DNA of 64,000 bases from positions 29,545,382-29,609,381 of the forward strand of contig JAHRHZ010000030.1 of the NCBI GenBank assembly GCA_024137785.1, in the 5' to 3' direction. Made by a program: the position numbers and the translations under genes. This document shows positions 51,599 to 63,415 of the stretch, piece by piece. The notes under the pieces are model-generated. The model saw only the letters and a program-made list of their open reading frames with translations, was not told the DNA's origin and did no database searches. Each line of letters begins with the position of its first letter. The first letter of the stretch is position 1. Source of the stretch: Ginglymostoma cirratum (lineage: Eukaryota).

Positions 51599-52877
51599 TA
51601 ACAAGGTGTAGAGCTGGATGAACACAGCAGGCCAAGTAGCATCACAGGAGCAGGAGAGCTTGACGTTTCAGGCCTAGACCCTTCATCAGAACTGGGGGAG
51701 GGGAAGGGGGTTCTGAAATAAATAGGGAGAGAGGGGGAGGCAGATAGAAGATGGATAAAGGAGAAGATAGGTGGAGAGGAGACAGACAGACAAGTCAAAG
51801 AGGCAGGGATGGAGCCAGTAAAGGTGGAGTGTAGGTGGGGAAGAGAGGTCAGTCCAGGGAGGACGGACAGGTCAAGTCAAGGGGGTGGGATGAGGTTAGT
51901 AGGTAGGAAATGGGGGTGCGGCTTGAGGTGGGAGGAGGGGATAGGTGAGAGGAAGAACAGGTTAGGGAGGTGGGGATGAGCTGGGCTGGTTTTGGGATGC
52001 AGTCACGGGAGGGGAGATTTTGAAGCTTGTGAAATTCACATTGATACCATTTGGGTTGCAGGGTTCCTAAGCTGAATGAGTTGCTGTTCCTGCAGCCTTC
52101 GGGTGGCATTGTTGTGACACTGCAGGAGGCCCAGGATGGACATGTCATCTGAGGAATGGGAGGGGGAGTTGAAATGGTTCGCGACTGGGAGGTGCAGTTG
52201 TTTATTGCGAACTGAGCGCAGGTGTTCTGCAAAGCGGGCCCCAAGCCTCCCCTTGGTTTCCCCGATGTAGAGGAAGCCACAACGGGTACAGCGGATACAG
52301 TATACCACATTAGCAGATGTGCAGGTGAACATCTGCTTGATGTGGAAAGTCTTCTTGGGGCCTGGGATGGGGGTGAGGGAGGCGGTATAGGGGCAGGTGT
52401 AGCACTCCTTGCGGTTGCAGGGAAAAGTGCTGGGTGGGGTGGGGCTGGAGGGGCGTGTGGAGCGGACAAGAGAGTCACAGGGAGAGTGGTGCCTCCGGAA
52501 AGCAGATAGGGGTGGGGAGGGAAAAATGTCTTTAGTGGCGGAGTTGGATTGCAGATGGCGGAAGTGTCAGAGGATGATGCGTTGGATCCGGAGGTTGGTG
52601 GGGTGGTACGCGAGGATGAGGGGGATTCTTTTTTGGTTGTTATTGCGGGGATGGGGTGTGAAGGACGAGTTGCGGGAAACGCGGGAGACACGGTCGAGGG
52701 CGTTCTTGACCATTGTGGTTGGTGGGGGGGGGGGGGGGGGGTGGCAACGGCGGCGGAGTTGCGGTCCTTGAAGAACAAGCACATCAGAGATGTACGGGAG
52801 TGGAATGCCTCATCCTGGGAGCAGATGTGGCAGAGGCGAAGGAATTGGGAATAGGGGATGGCATTTTTTTTGCAGGA
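51599..52877 (-). mobile_element. 5'-truncated Penelope-like retroelement (RT thumb, linker, GIY-YIG endonuclease, 3' terminus)
   Basis: AIPYSQFLRL (RT thumb), RIPLILAYHP, CNRKECYTC linker and NVVYCIRCTRCGFLYIGETKGRLGARFAEH...VANHFN (ORF 52036..52332, GIY-YIG). GC-rich; frame disturbed by the G run at 52723-52741. Confidence 0.93.
51662..51689 (-). ncRNA. Minimal hammerhead ribozyme motif in the Penelope terminal repeat
   Basis: CUGAUGA-AGG(GUCUAGG)CCU-GAAAC-GUC: conserved core, 3-bp stem II and palindromic minimal stem III (ACGU). Confidence 0.6.
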
Positions 52878-53339
52878 AGAAAATCGGTCTCCTTATTGAA
52901 GGACGAATATAAATGCATTGGAAGCAGCCCAGAGGGGATTTGCTACACTAATATGTGGGATGGGCATGCTGTCTTTAACAACTATTAGACCAGTTAGGCT
53001 TGCAGCCACTGCAGTTTTAGAATAGTAAGTGGTGGTTTGATTGGTAGACAAGATCTAAGGGAATTTGACAGGTTGCATGGAGGAATTTTCCTCTTCCTCT
53101 TATCTATAAGATGGGTGTCACCAATCAAAATTAAGCAGTTTCCAAGTTAAGGCAAATAAGGCAAAATTTTGAGGGTGTTGTAATTCTTTGGAACTCTTAA
53201 AGCAGAGAGTAAGAATATTTTTCAGGGCAAGCAGATAAATTCTCAGTAAGCAAAGACATGGAATGTGGAGTTGAAATTACAATCAGATCAGGAACGATTT
53301 TATTGACTGGTGCAACAGCCTTAAAGGGCAGAACTGTTT

Positions 53340-53790
53340 GTTGACGCCATCCAGACAAAACAGTCCACTTGACTGGCATCCCATTAAGCACTCACTCCCT
53401 CTCCCACCAAACACACAGTGGCAGAGTGCAAGTACCATTTGAAAAATCCACCGCAGCCTCAACAAAGCTCTTTGACAGCATATTCCAAACATTTTTTTTT
53501 TTTAAAATCACCTAAAAGAACAAGGGCAGTAAATGCCCGAGAACACCACCACCTGTAGGTTCCCCTCCAAGTCTCTCACTATGCAGACCTGAAAATATAT
53601 CACTGTTTCTTCACTGTCACCTGGATCAAAATTGTGGAGACCTTCTCCTCTCAGAACTGCGGATGTATCCAACTCCCACAGACTGCAGTTGCTCAAGGCA
53701 GTGGCTCAACACAGACTTCTCTAAGCTTAGTGATGGACAATAAATGCCAGTTTTCTCAACAATGCCCACATTCCACAGAAGAAATAAAAA
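53340..53790 (+). mobile_element. LINE 3' end sharing its tail with SINE family A
   Basis: gaacaccaccacctgtaggttcccctccaag...ggacaataaatgccag...aatgcccacattcc tail. Confidence 0.65.
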
Positions 53791-54146
53791 CCCTACCAAG
53801 AGAGAGCTTTAAAAACAAGATTTTTTTCTATCTTGTCTATTAAACATCATTTCAATATCAAGCTTCATTTATTTCATCTGCACAATGACTGCCACAGTTA
53901 GTTTCAAATGCAGAACGGTGAATGGTTTGGGTTTGGCAATGAAGTAATTTAGCAAGACAGAATGGGTGTGTAATACCGCCATACTTCTCCCTAAAATTCC
54001 TACACCAGTTAACAAAAATTAGACAGTGAGATGCTTTACATTTTATTACCTAGTAGCTGGAAAAGACACACACTTGAGAGTCACTTCTCTACTCAACCTC
54101 AAAAGGGAAGAAATTAATTAACACATTAATCAAAAATGATACAAAC

Positions 54147-54242
54147 CTCTCCCAAAGGCTTGAGTGTTACAATATTGTATGTGGCTGGATCACGCTCCAC
54201 TAAACAAGTTTCTGTGAGCGCTAGTACTCTCTTTACAGGATC
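54147..54242 (-). CDS. DNAJC13: DNAJC13 exon, 96 nt, [32 protein letters not shown]
   Basis: ttctag|GAT...GAG|gtttgt. Confidence 0.96.
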
Positions 54243-54472
54243 CTAGAAAAAATTTAGACAGAAATGAAACAACATTTCCCATCTGTGCAAACACAAACGC
54301 TACTTAGTAATATTATTAAATCAATAAGATGGAGCGAGGTGATAGAGTCTACCATGAAGGACATGTTTTCCACAAAATACTTGGGGAGAACATTTCTCTG
54401 GCAGTTACACATCAACTTCTCATAACCTTGACACTTAGTAACCACCCCTCACCTGACCTAAAAGTAACTCAC

Positions 54473-54679
54473 CTGATGCCTAGTTGCGATTTTTTGCACA
54501 ACGAATTCAGCTAGCGATGTAATAGATTCGTCGTTGCTATATTTGCCAAAGCGATGATTCTGGTAAAAATCAAAGTCAAATGGTTCTTTCCTGATGCGTA
54601 GTGAGATACCGATAAAGTTGCCTGCATGATCAATTGCACTTTTGATGATCTCTTCTTTTTGTTCAGATGCGAAAAGATG
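54473..54679 (-). CDS. DNAJC13: DNAJC13 exon, 207 nt, [20 protein letters not shown]...[10 protein letters not shown]
   Basis: tttcag|CAT...CAG|gtgagt; ORF 54458..54691. Confidence 0.97.
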
Positions 54680-54759
54680 CTGAAATTTCAACAGGAAGCA
54701 CTGACTGAGAAGGAATCAACTGCACGGCAAATGTAACCTCAGCACTCATGCAAGGGGAG

Positions 54760-56200
54760 CAACAACTTTAAATTCTGTTGCCACCTTAAATGGATAAAAA
54801 AAATCCCAAGATGCTTCCTAAGTGTTCCAATTAAATTTGACACCAAACAATAAAAGATAAAAGGAGGACAGGTAACCAAAAGGTTTGGTCAAAGGGATGC
54901 TCTAAAGAGTAACTTTAAAGAGGAAGAGATGGAACAGACCCTGTTAAATTTAGGGGCAGAACTCTCTTTTTGGCCTAGATAGCTAAAGATTCGGACACCA
55001 AGGGCAAAGTAAAACAGATTGGATGAGTGACAAAAGTAGAGAATTCTAGGACTTGACATTACAAAGGTAGAGGAGATAAAGACCATTCAGGGATTTGAAA
55101 ACAAGGATGAGTGTTTTATATTTGAGGTCCCTACCCCATCCCTGTAATCCTATGTATTCCATGGCCAATATCCATTTAACCTGCACATCTTTGGACTGTG
55201 GGAGGAAGTCGGAGCACCCAGAGGAAACCCACACAAACACAGGGAGAACGTGCAAGTTCCACACAGACAGTCGTCCAAGGGTGGAATCAAACAGGGTCCC
55301 TGGTGCTGTGAGGCAGCAGTGCTAACCACTGAGCCACTGTGCTGCCCCAATTCTGTGGATTTCATAGATAAAATAAGACCAAGGCATGAGGGGAGATAGG
55401 AGAGAGACTACAGAAAGGCAAGAATTCAGAAGGAGGGCAAAATTCCTTGGGTTTGGTGATGCAGGTAGACGGAGGAATGCAGATGCAGTTGAAGAGACAA
55501 ATTACAATCATGAAGTTCACAAGTTCCTTGCACCTGATGTTGCAGTACGTGGAAGATTATGAGCGGTTAGTGAGAAAGAGAAGATGGAGATGATAGCTAC
55601 ATTTCAAGGTTACGTGGAGTAGTCAGCAGTTCTATAAAAAGGGATTTAAAGATCTTTTTGTGTGGCCCAGCCAGGTCTGGCAATGAACAGCGAAACCAAT
55701 CATCCAACATAATGAATAAGCAAAAGCCCCTTGGATTCAAAGACATGGAGACAGAGTGATAGCAGGTGGAACAACCAGGATGGGCGAGATTAAAATATAA
55801 CAGGACAAAAGCAAAGATGGATGTAGGGCACTATCAGCAGCTATGGATGTATTGAGTTTCATGGTGACAAGAACAAAAAAAAAACAACAACAAAAAAAAA
55901 AAAAACACCAAGAATGTGAACATACTTTAAGTAACTCAGGGGAAAGAACAGTTTCTAGGTGACAGACAGGAGAAAGTGGGGCTGGGAGGGGGAAATGAAA
56001 AAGATTACATGGAAAGAGATACAAGAAAGCAATCAGATATGACCTGATCTGAGACTGGACATATAGGAGGTTACAAGAGATGGCAAAAATCAAAAATGGG
56101 TGGCTGTGACAGCAAGCAGATTAAATTATTAGGACAGAATTAACTCAGCAGAGAAGGGGGAAGGATGATATGAGATTGCAGTTGAAATCAGAATGAAAAG
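54760..56200 (-). mobile_element. Old L2-type LINE, interrupted by an HE1-type SINE
   Basis: L2 3' motifs (accaaaaggtttggtcaaag...tttaaagaggaagag; agggatttgaaaacaaggatgag) and a purine-rich decayed body. Confidence 0.55.
55135..55348 (-). mobile_element. HE1-type V-SINE (tRNA-derived)
   Basis: ggggcagcacagtggctcagtggttagcactgctgcctcacag A-box head and V-domain ttgcacgttctccctgtgtttgtgtgggtttcctctgggtgctcc...cccacagtccaaagatgtgcaggtt. Confidence 0.9.
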
Positions 56201-56419
56201 TGAAAAAAGCTATACAGTTTGAAAATTAAAAAGGAAAAGATGTTCAAATTGTCAACATATTATCAGACATGTAGAGTTTGCATTTTGTGCATTAAATTTC
56301 CTGGGGGAAAAAAATGTTTTTGAAGACATGGATTAATGTTGAAACATTAGAATAAGCATAGATGCGAGAAAGGAAACAACTTTATTGAAAATAATCAAAT
56401 TAAAAAAGGAAATACTCAC

Positions 56420-56620
56420 CAATCGACTAAATCCTCCATGAATTATACAGAATCCTCCCTGATAATCAGACAGTTCCGCAAAGCCTTCAATATTTTTATA
56501 GTCATAGGAACAAAGAATTCGATTAGTTGCAGGATCAATCTGATCTATCCCACCAGGTGTAACTTCAAGGACCACTGACTTTCTAGTATCAGTCCAATGA
56601 TGCTTGTAACAGTTATAGCG
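56420..56620 (-). CDS. DNAJC13: DNAJC13 exon, 201 nt, [24 protein letters not shown]...IHGGFSRL
   Basis: ttttag|CGC...TTG|gtgagt. Confidence 0.97.
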
Positions 56621-57968
56621 CTAAAAAGAGGAGGATAAAATAAATCTAAGCAGAATTTGTCTCATAACACTGGTTCTGAATGACTTCTAACAGATTTTCT
56701 TTCAAAATCTAACCCCTAAAAACTTTTGCACTAAAATACAGATTGAAATTGTCGAATGCTAGGTTTGCACTTTCACAAGTTAATCACTCAAATCAGGATT
56801 GCATGCCAGGAGATTGTTACGTTGACATCAAGTTATGAAAAACTGACATGAAACTATTAGAATAGTCACTTACAATTGTACTGAGAAAAAATTTTGTCCA
56901 ATAAATGGAACTTGTTTCTATTTGCTGTCCCTTCTAACCATTCCCTGATCTGGTTAATGGTTAGGTAGCTTACACACCTGATCCAACAAACCTACTTATC
57001 ATAGGTAAGAATATATTAAAGATCCAGGTAGGACTCAAACTCTCAAGTCTGATTCACTCCATTCAGGCCTATCTAAAGACAGATTAGATGTATGCAAAGT
57101 ACAGAATGTAGTAAGATTATAACTAGCATAAACAAAGTGAAACAGCATATACTCAATGCATTGGACATGTACCTGAAGGTTGCGCAGCTTCATACCACTG
57201 ATAACACACTAGCAACGTACTTAGTTTTATTTGCTCAGAATCGAAACACCAATTTGTAAGCAACTTGCAGTGTGGAATTAGTCTAGGCAGCAACTGAACA
57301 TCAATATGAATGAAGACATAACCGTCCAGTCTATTAACCTTGTCAGCTTGAGCCAGATTAAGATCCAGGCACAAACTGAAACAAGTACTTGCAATACGCT
57401 GCATTTCCTAAGCAAAAGTAACATCAGTGCATTGTACAGGACGAAAATGTCGAAGACTAGGCCCAGGATATGGAGAAGGGAGACACAAATGGCAATAGAG
57501 GGAGGAGATAACTTTTATAGCAGTTAAGTCATTTTAGACGCTAACAGAGATACAGCACATTTCCAGTATTTTCTGTTATTGTTTGCTCTGATACAAGATT
57601 GGTAAAGCATTTTAACAAATTGTTTCATTGCTTGTCTTTGCACAAGGTAACTCAAAATATGTAACACAAAAACCACCTAAATGTAATGATGTCTAGAAAG
57701 CGCTGGAGAAACTCAGCAGCGTCTGTTGAAAGATAGACAATGTTAATGTTGAGAATATAACTTCAGAATCCAGGTTAATTTTACATAAATGGTTAAGTTT
57801 ATATTTGGCTTAATCAGAGGAAAGACCTGATAACTTAAAGCAACACGTGGAATTTTCAGAAACAAGAACCATAATTTGACAGGATATCATATCGGTGATG
57901 ATATTTTACAACGACACTCAGCTATATTCACAGCAAGTTAAGACTGCTGAACATGAATGGTGACTGAC

Positions 57969-58010
57969 CTTTCCAGTGATTTTCCCCTCTGAAAACTCAG
58001 TTCTGAAGCG
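57969..58010 (-). CDS. DNAJC13: DNAJC13 exon, 42 nt, RFRTEFSEGKITGK
   Basis: tctcag|CGC...AAG|gtcagt. Confidence 0.95.
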
Positions 58011-58189
58011 CTGAGAGATGAAAATGAAGGGCATAAGTTATTTAGCACAAGAAATGTAGTCTGCAATTACATTTCACCATTATTAAGTAAAATATCTGCA
58101 GCAAACACAGCATTCCATAGTTAACATTTACATTTTTTCTGCCAGTTTACCAAGTGAGCAACAAGACAGATCCCAACTTTTATCAGCGG

Positions 58190-58360
58190 ATCTGGCAGTG
58201 TTCGTGGTGACAGAAACAGAATTAATGTTTCAGGTCTACACAAAGTAATCAATCTGAAAAGTTAACCCTGCTGTCTTCTCCATTGATCCACCAGATCAGA
58301 ATACTGCATCATTGTCTGTTTTTATTTCTGATTTTCACTATCTGCAACATTTTGCTTTTG
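58190..58360. mobile_element. Older palindromic Penelope-terminus-derived element
   Basis: atctggcag...agaaacagaattaatgtttcagg mirrored by ctgaaaagttaaccctgc...ccagatc, plus tail tctgattttcactatctgcaacattttgc. Confidence 0.55.
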
Positions 58361-59076
58361 TCCCAAGTGTGGTCTTTGGTCTGTGTCAAAGAAGCTGACC
58401 AGTGACTGGATACGGAAATTGGCTTTAGCATTTGTCACGGCAAGATTAAAGAACAAAACATTCCTATTCCTGATCACTCTTCCGGTGACCTCTCCTCGGA
58501 GTGCACATTTATGGATCAAGAGCAAAACAAGGATGTTTTGACATTGAGGAAATAGTTGCTGGCGTTCTAGCCACTTTCGTCAGATGAGGTGGGACTACAG
58601 ACCTGTCACTTGTAAAATTAAATACAAGAAACACAAATGTTATGTACGAATATTCTTCCATTTCTTAAAAAGTGGATAAAATAGTTTCTCCTGAGGAATT
58701 CTGTGCAATGGAATTCTCTTTCACAAATAGTTAAAATGGTTGAGGCCAAAACATTGAATGTTTTCAGGGCGTTATAGGGACCAAACAGCTTGGGGGTGAA
58801 AGCAGGAACAGGGTAATGAGTAGGATGATGAGCCACGAATCATACCGAATGGTAAAATCAGCTCAAACAGCCAATTGGCCTACTCCTGTACCTATACGCT
58901 TCCTGTTTTCCTTTATTTAACTTAGAAGTTGAACATTATGAAACAGCATGGTAATTACTAGGACTCAGTTCCAAATAAACTTCAGTCAGGCAATAAAAAG
59001 TTTGATAATAACCAACTTGAAACCCGTGTGAAGTGACCACCGTTCCCCACTAGTGAACGCGTAGTCAAACCAAGTT

Positions 59077-59411
59077 CATAGAATCATAGAATCCCTACAG
59101 TGTGGAAACAGGCCAAAAAGTCCACACCAACTCTCCAAAGAGAATCCAGCCCCTACCCTATCCTATCCCTATAATCTTACATTTCTCATGGCTAATCCAC
59201 CTAACCTACACTATGGGTAATTTAGCAAGGCTAATTCACCTAACCTGCACATCTTTGGACTGTGGGATGAAACCAGGGCACCTGAAGGAAACCCGTGCAG
59301 ACATGGGGAGAACGGGCACTCTACAAACAGACAGTTGCCGGAGGATGAATTTGAACCTGGGTCCCTAGTGCAGTGAGGCAGCAGTGCTAACCACTGAGCC
59401 ATGTGCCACCC
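59077..59411 (-). mobile_element. HE1-type V-SINE, near full length with LINE-derived tail
   Basis: tggctcagtggttagcactgctgcctcac head, ggttcaaattc B-box, V-domain and (TTCTATGA)2 tail. Confidence 0.9.
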
Positions 59412-60116
59412 TAGTTAACGCAATCAAGATTCACAATTTTGTAAGTTATGGATCCATAAAAAGCAGCTTCTCCCACAAAGCCACAGTAATCTTCTGAAAA
59501 AGCCAAAATGAGATCAACAGGAAGTTCACAATTATTCTAGTGCAGTAAGGGACCATTTAGCCCATATCTGCACCAGCTCTCCAAACAAGCAACAGTGCAT
59601 GAATTTCAGCATGGGTGCCATGCAAGGTATGTCAAACACAGACCCCAATGATCTGCTGATAAAATCAAACAGCATGGTCCTCCAGTTGTTCCTAATACAG
59701 AGCAAACAGATCATATTCAACCAGCCCATACTAGCCAAAAAATAAAAAGGTCTCATTAGATGAGACTTGCCATTAGTCAGCACTTGCTGAACAATTCTAA
59801 GTGCACAAATGTCTACACTAACAACCAATTTAATGCCGTTGAACTTGTAACATGGCTCACTTGTGCTTGCTAAAAGCAATATACATTCTGTACATGGGGT
59901 ATTGTACCTTTCTTGAATTACACAGGAACTTTACAGCCTACAGTTCCTTGTCACCTTTTCCATAGAGTCCATTATTGACTATTCATAAAAAGTGACAGGT
60001 CATTTGAAATTTGGCATCCTTACATTTGTACTTACAAGCAAAAGACAAAACGCTTCAGCAACATGTCGCTCTCTTCAGTATTTTGTAATTAGTTCTGAAG
60101 CTCGAGAACAACTTAC

Positions 60117-60266
60117 CAGTGCCTCTGTCAGCAACTCTGTTCTATGCTCAGTAGAAAATTTCAGGGTTTCAGATTTTTTCCCACTTCCTTTGCGAAAAGT
60201 TAAAGTGAATTCTGTTCCTTGTCCTTTCCCCACAGGGCCAATGCTGCAAATATCACCATAAGGCCA
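60117..60266 (-). CDS. DNAJC13: DNAJC13 exon, 150 nt, [27 protein letters not shown]...ELLTEAL
   Basis: ttgtag|TGG...CTG|gtaagt. Confidence 0.97.
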
Positions 60267-60599
60267 CTACAAAGGAAAAGAATTTACTGGAATTATGAAA
60301 CATTTGAGTTTAGGTTGTATTTTGAAGTTGCCTTTATACTTAAACTCACACATGTAAAAAGCCTTTAAGAAAGAGCTTTGTATCTACACTGGGTAATGAC
60401 ATTTGTAAATGCAAGTTCAGCTGCTATTGGGTTTCCATTGGAATTAAGTGATTTGTAAGGAAAGGGTTCTTTTATTTTTTCCAGAGTTTGCCTGTTGAAG
60501 AACAAAAATAAAGGTTTGCTGTATTTTGGATAAATGCAGTTTCACCAAGTTTTATTTAAGCAATGGAAATTAAAGAAATACTACACAAAATTGTAATAC

Positions 60600-60805
60600 A
60601 AACAGAGTGCTGGAGACCTCAATATATCTTGCAGCATTCATGAAAAAACAAACAGAATTAGGGTGGAGTCCTGAAAAAAAATGTGGTGTCATGCTGGACT
60701 CCACGCTAATTCCCGTTTCTCTTTCCACAGATGCTGCCAGACCTGCCAAGTTTCTCCAGCATTGTGTTTATTTCAAATATCCAGCATCCACATATTTTTC
60801 TTTTA
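60600..60805. mobile_element. Older palindromic Penelope-terminus-derived element
   Basis: gtgctggagacctc...gcagcattc...ggagtcc mirrored by ggactcc...agatgctgccagacc...tttctccagcat. Confidence 0.6.
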
Positions 60806-61739
60806 GTTTACAAGGCTGAACGGTCTTTGGTTGATAAGAAATTATGGAGCAGCTTCAGTCAGTCACCTTCCTGAAAAACACCACTGATCTGAAAATTTCA
60901 AGAGTGTCAAATTAGGGGAGTCTATCTGTGAATTCTCATGTCCTTGCACCATAATTGGTGTGGAATGCTAAGTGTAGATTGGGCAGAATGGAGAAGTATT
61001 AAAATTCTCAAGTAGAAAAAAAGTTAGAAAGGACATTGCAATTCGAGGCAGCCCAAAAAGCCTTGAAGCTCTCAAGCTTGAGAATTCTAATGCATCCGAA
61101 TACTCTAGTAAACTCTTCAAGTATAGCCATAGTTATATGCAAGTAAGTTGTCAAGACTAATTATCATCATCTAAAAAAAAAAAAAAAAAAACTTGTCAAT
61201 AGATGCTCTCAAACACTTATTTTAAGCAACTTATAAACTAATGCTTAAGGACAATAATCCAGAAGGAATGGTTTCTGCTCCAATCATTGCTCAAATTCGC
61301 AGGCTAGTTTCCACAGGAAAAATATCTACCTGCACCTTTGTAACTACAACCTGGGACAAAATGATGGCCAAGGCCAACAGTTAGCAGCAATTTCACAACC
61401 ATCCCAAAGCATGTTAAAAGAAAATAGCCAGAATCCCAAAGTAAATTTAAAAATTTCGTTGATGCAAAACACAAACACGAAGCGAAACTTTCACGGAACT
61501 AGCAAGCGTCCAAGGGGGTGGGGAAGTGTATTAAACAGCAAAGAAAAAGCTGGAAGTGAAGGTAACCAGGGAGACCATAATTTACACACTTTCTGCAATA
61601 GATTTCCTGAACAAAATTTCATTTCCAAACTACTAGATTTCATTGTATACAAAACAAAAATGTTCGCTATCTAATTTGCTGCACAGAAACAGGCAGTTGG
61701 CTTCAAACAAATAGAAGTGGCACAAAAATGACTAATTAC

Positions 61740-61815
61740 CTGATTGGTAACTTCTAGAGTACCAGGATTGTATGTGGTTACAGCATGTGTACCAACTGAA
61801 AAGACTCGCTTATAT
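61740..61815 (-). CDS. DNAJC13: DNAJC13 exon, 76 nt, [25 protein letters not shown] (most 5' exon in window)
   Basis: ttgtag|A TAT...CAG|gtaatt. Confidence 0.97.
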
Positions 61816-63222
61816 CTACAAAGGGAAAAAGGGCACATGAACAATTCAATTTCTGTACATGATGGTCAATATCCTTCACATAAACACTTTTGAACATGTT
61901 GTTTTGCTTAACTTCAACAGTACCTTAAATAGTGCTGGGCTGTCACAGTACTATTGTTTAAAATAAAATGTTTAATTGATTTAATAATCAAATTTAAGTG
62001 AGAACCTGAAGTGGAAGAAATAAAATCATTCCTAAATAGCCAAAAAAGCAAGTTGCACAAATTCAACTAACAGAATGCAAGTCCTGAAAATCTAAGAAAA
62101 TCCTTTAACCATCAGTGTAATCAGCAGCTAAAGGCCAACTGTTATTTCAGGTCAGATCCTTTACTCAACATAATACCTTGCATTTCAAAATTAAGTCTTC
62201 CAAATAAGCTCATTCGAAAACTAAATATCACCTTCTCTACTGTATTTATCATTTTCATAACATTGACAACAGACCTGTTTATTGTGTGATCTAGCTACGT
62301 TCAATAGAAGCTTAACATAACTGTTCTGCTTTTCAAAGCTTCCAGAAATGAAATATTAAAAAAAAATACCAACAAATAAGGCTATTATCAGGTTAATATT
62401 ACTTGTAAGCTTAAGCAACTACCAAATGGATCTTTGATCACACGTACAATTTACAGATTCAAGGTGCACTCTGCAGGGAGGAGCACAATTTGAACGGTGG
62501 GGTTGATCTGCCTCCATAGATAGATATAAAAAGGCCCTCATTTCAATACTGCCAATGACTAGGGAGTTCAAAACACCACTTCCTGACTAATACTTATTCC
62601 AGAGCTACTCATAATAGAATAACTAGTCATTTGGAATTATATAGCCTTTTTATTTCCCCCGAATGAAATATGAAAGTAAATATGCAAAAACGTTATTCCA
62701 CAAAGTGTATAACAAACAGACAGCCAAACACCTTGCATAATGTAACTCAAAAATACTATGTAAATGATGGAGGATGTAATGAACAGAACTTGACCACAAA
62801 ATGCGGACAGACCTTTCATTTTTAATTCTAAAATAAGAATTCAGAATTCAATTCAGTTATGGTAACCCTTTTACACTATTAAAATTGCCTGATGAGGTGA
62901 AGCACTTTTACGGATCATAGTTATCTCCATCTCTGGTTTACAATTTCTGATCTCCCACATGGAGGGCCTGGCCCCTTGAATCGTTTAATGATGCAAATTG
63001 AAGTGAGCAACTTGTAAAGCAAAAGATTTAGCATCTTAAAAAGTTTCTTGTTCTTGAATAGTTAGGAATTCAGTTCTCGAGTCAATTTTAGAAGCATGTT
63101 ACGTAGTTTGACTGCCTAATGTGTCTTATCCTATTACAGATCTGCTGAATTCGCCCCGCGACTCGGGCTCTCATTGAAAATATAAGATCTAACACTATGA
63201 GAACATGCATTCTGTCCAGGGT

Positions 63223-63415
63223 TTGTTAGTGGGAACTGCCAATGCTAGAGAATCCGAGATAAGGTGTAGAGCTGGATGAACATAGCAGGCCAAGCAGAAT
63301 CAGAGGAGCAGGAAAGCTGACGTTTCGGGCAATGACCCTTCTGAAGCAGGGCCCAGGCCCGAAACTTCAGCTTTCCTGCTCGGCCTGCTGTGTTCATCCA
63401 GCCCTACACCTTGTT
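63223..63415. mobile_element. ~193-bp palindromic Penelope-derived non-autonomous element with 14-bp TSD
   Basis: Same architecture as 15393-15593; flanked by ATTCTGTCCAGGGT at 63209-63222 and 63416-63429. Confidence 0.88.

Larger units (their letters stand above)
673..61815 (-). other. DNAJC13: DNAJC13/RME-8 gene, internal part (34 exons plus 1 microexon; 5' and 3' ends outside the window)
   Basis: Exons listed below all have GT-AG boundaries and compatible phases. The spliced translation closely follows vertebrate DNAJC13 as recalled, including IWN repeats and the J-domain HPD motif. Confidence 0.98.

Noticed and set aside
51849-52784. 311-aa Pro/Ser-rich ORF and overlapping + strand ORFs
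   Set aside because: Alternative frames of the GC-rich Penelope element; the real coding frame is the GIY-YIG one.
55135-59411. tRNA-like A/B boxes at ~55320-55348 and ~59350-59410 (also ~17520 and ~40650)
   Set aside because: These are SINE heads; no cloverleaf, and each is followed by a SINE body and tail.
673-61815. Possible U12-type or non-canonical introns; several very short introns (81-94 nt)
   Set aside because: All donors are ordinary GT without the RTATCCTT signature, and short introns are common in vertebrate genes.
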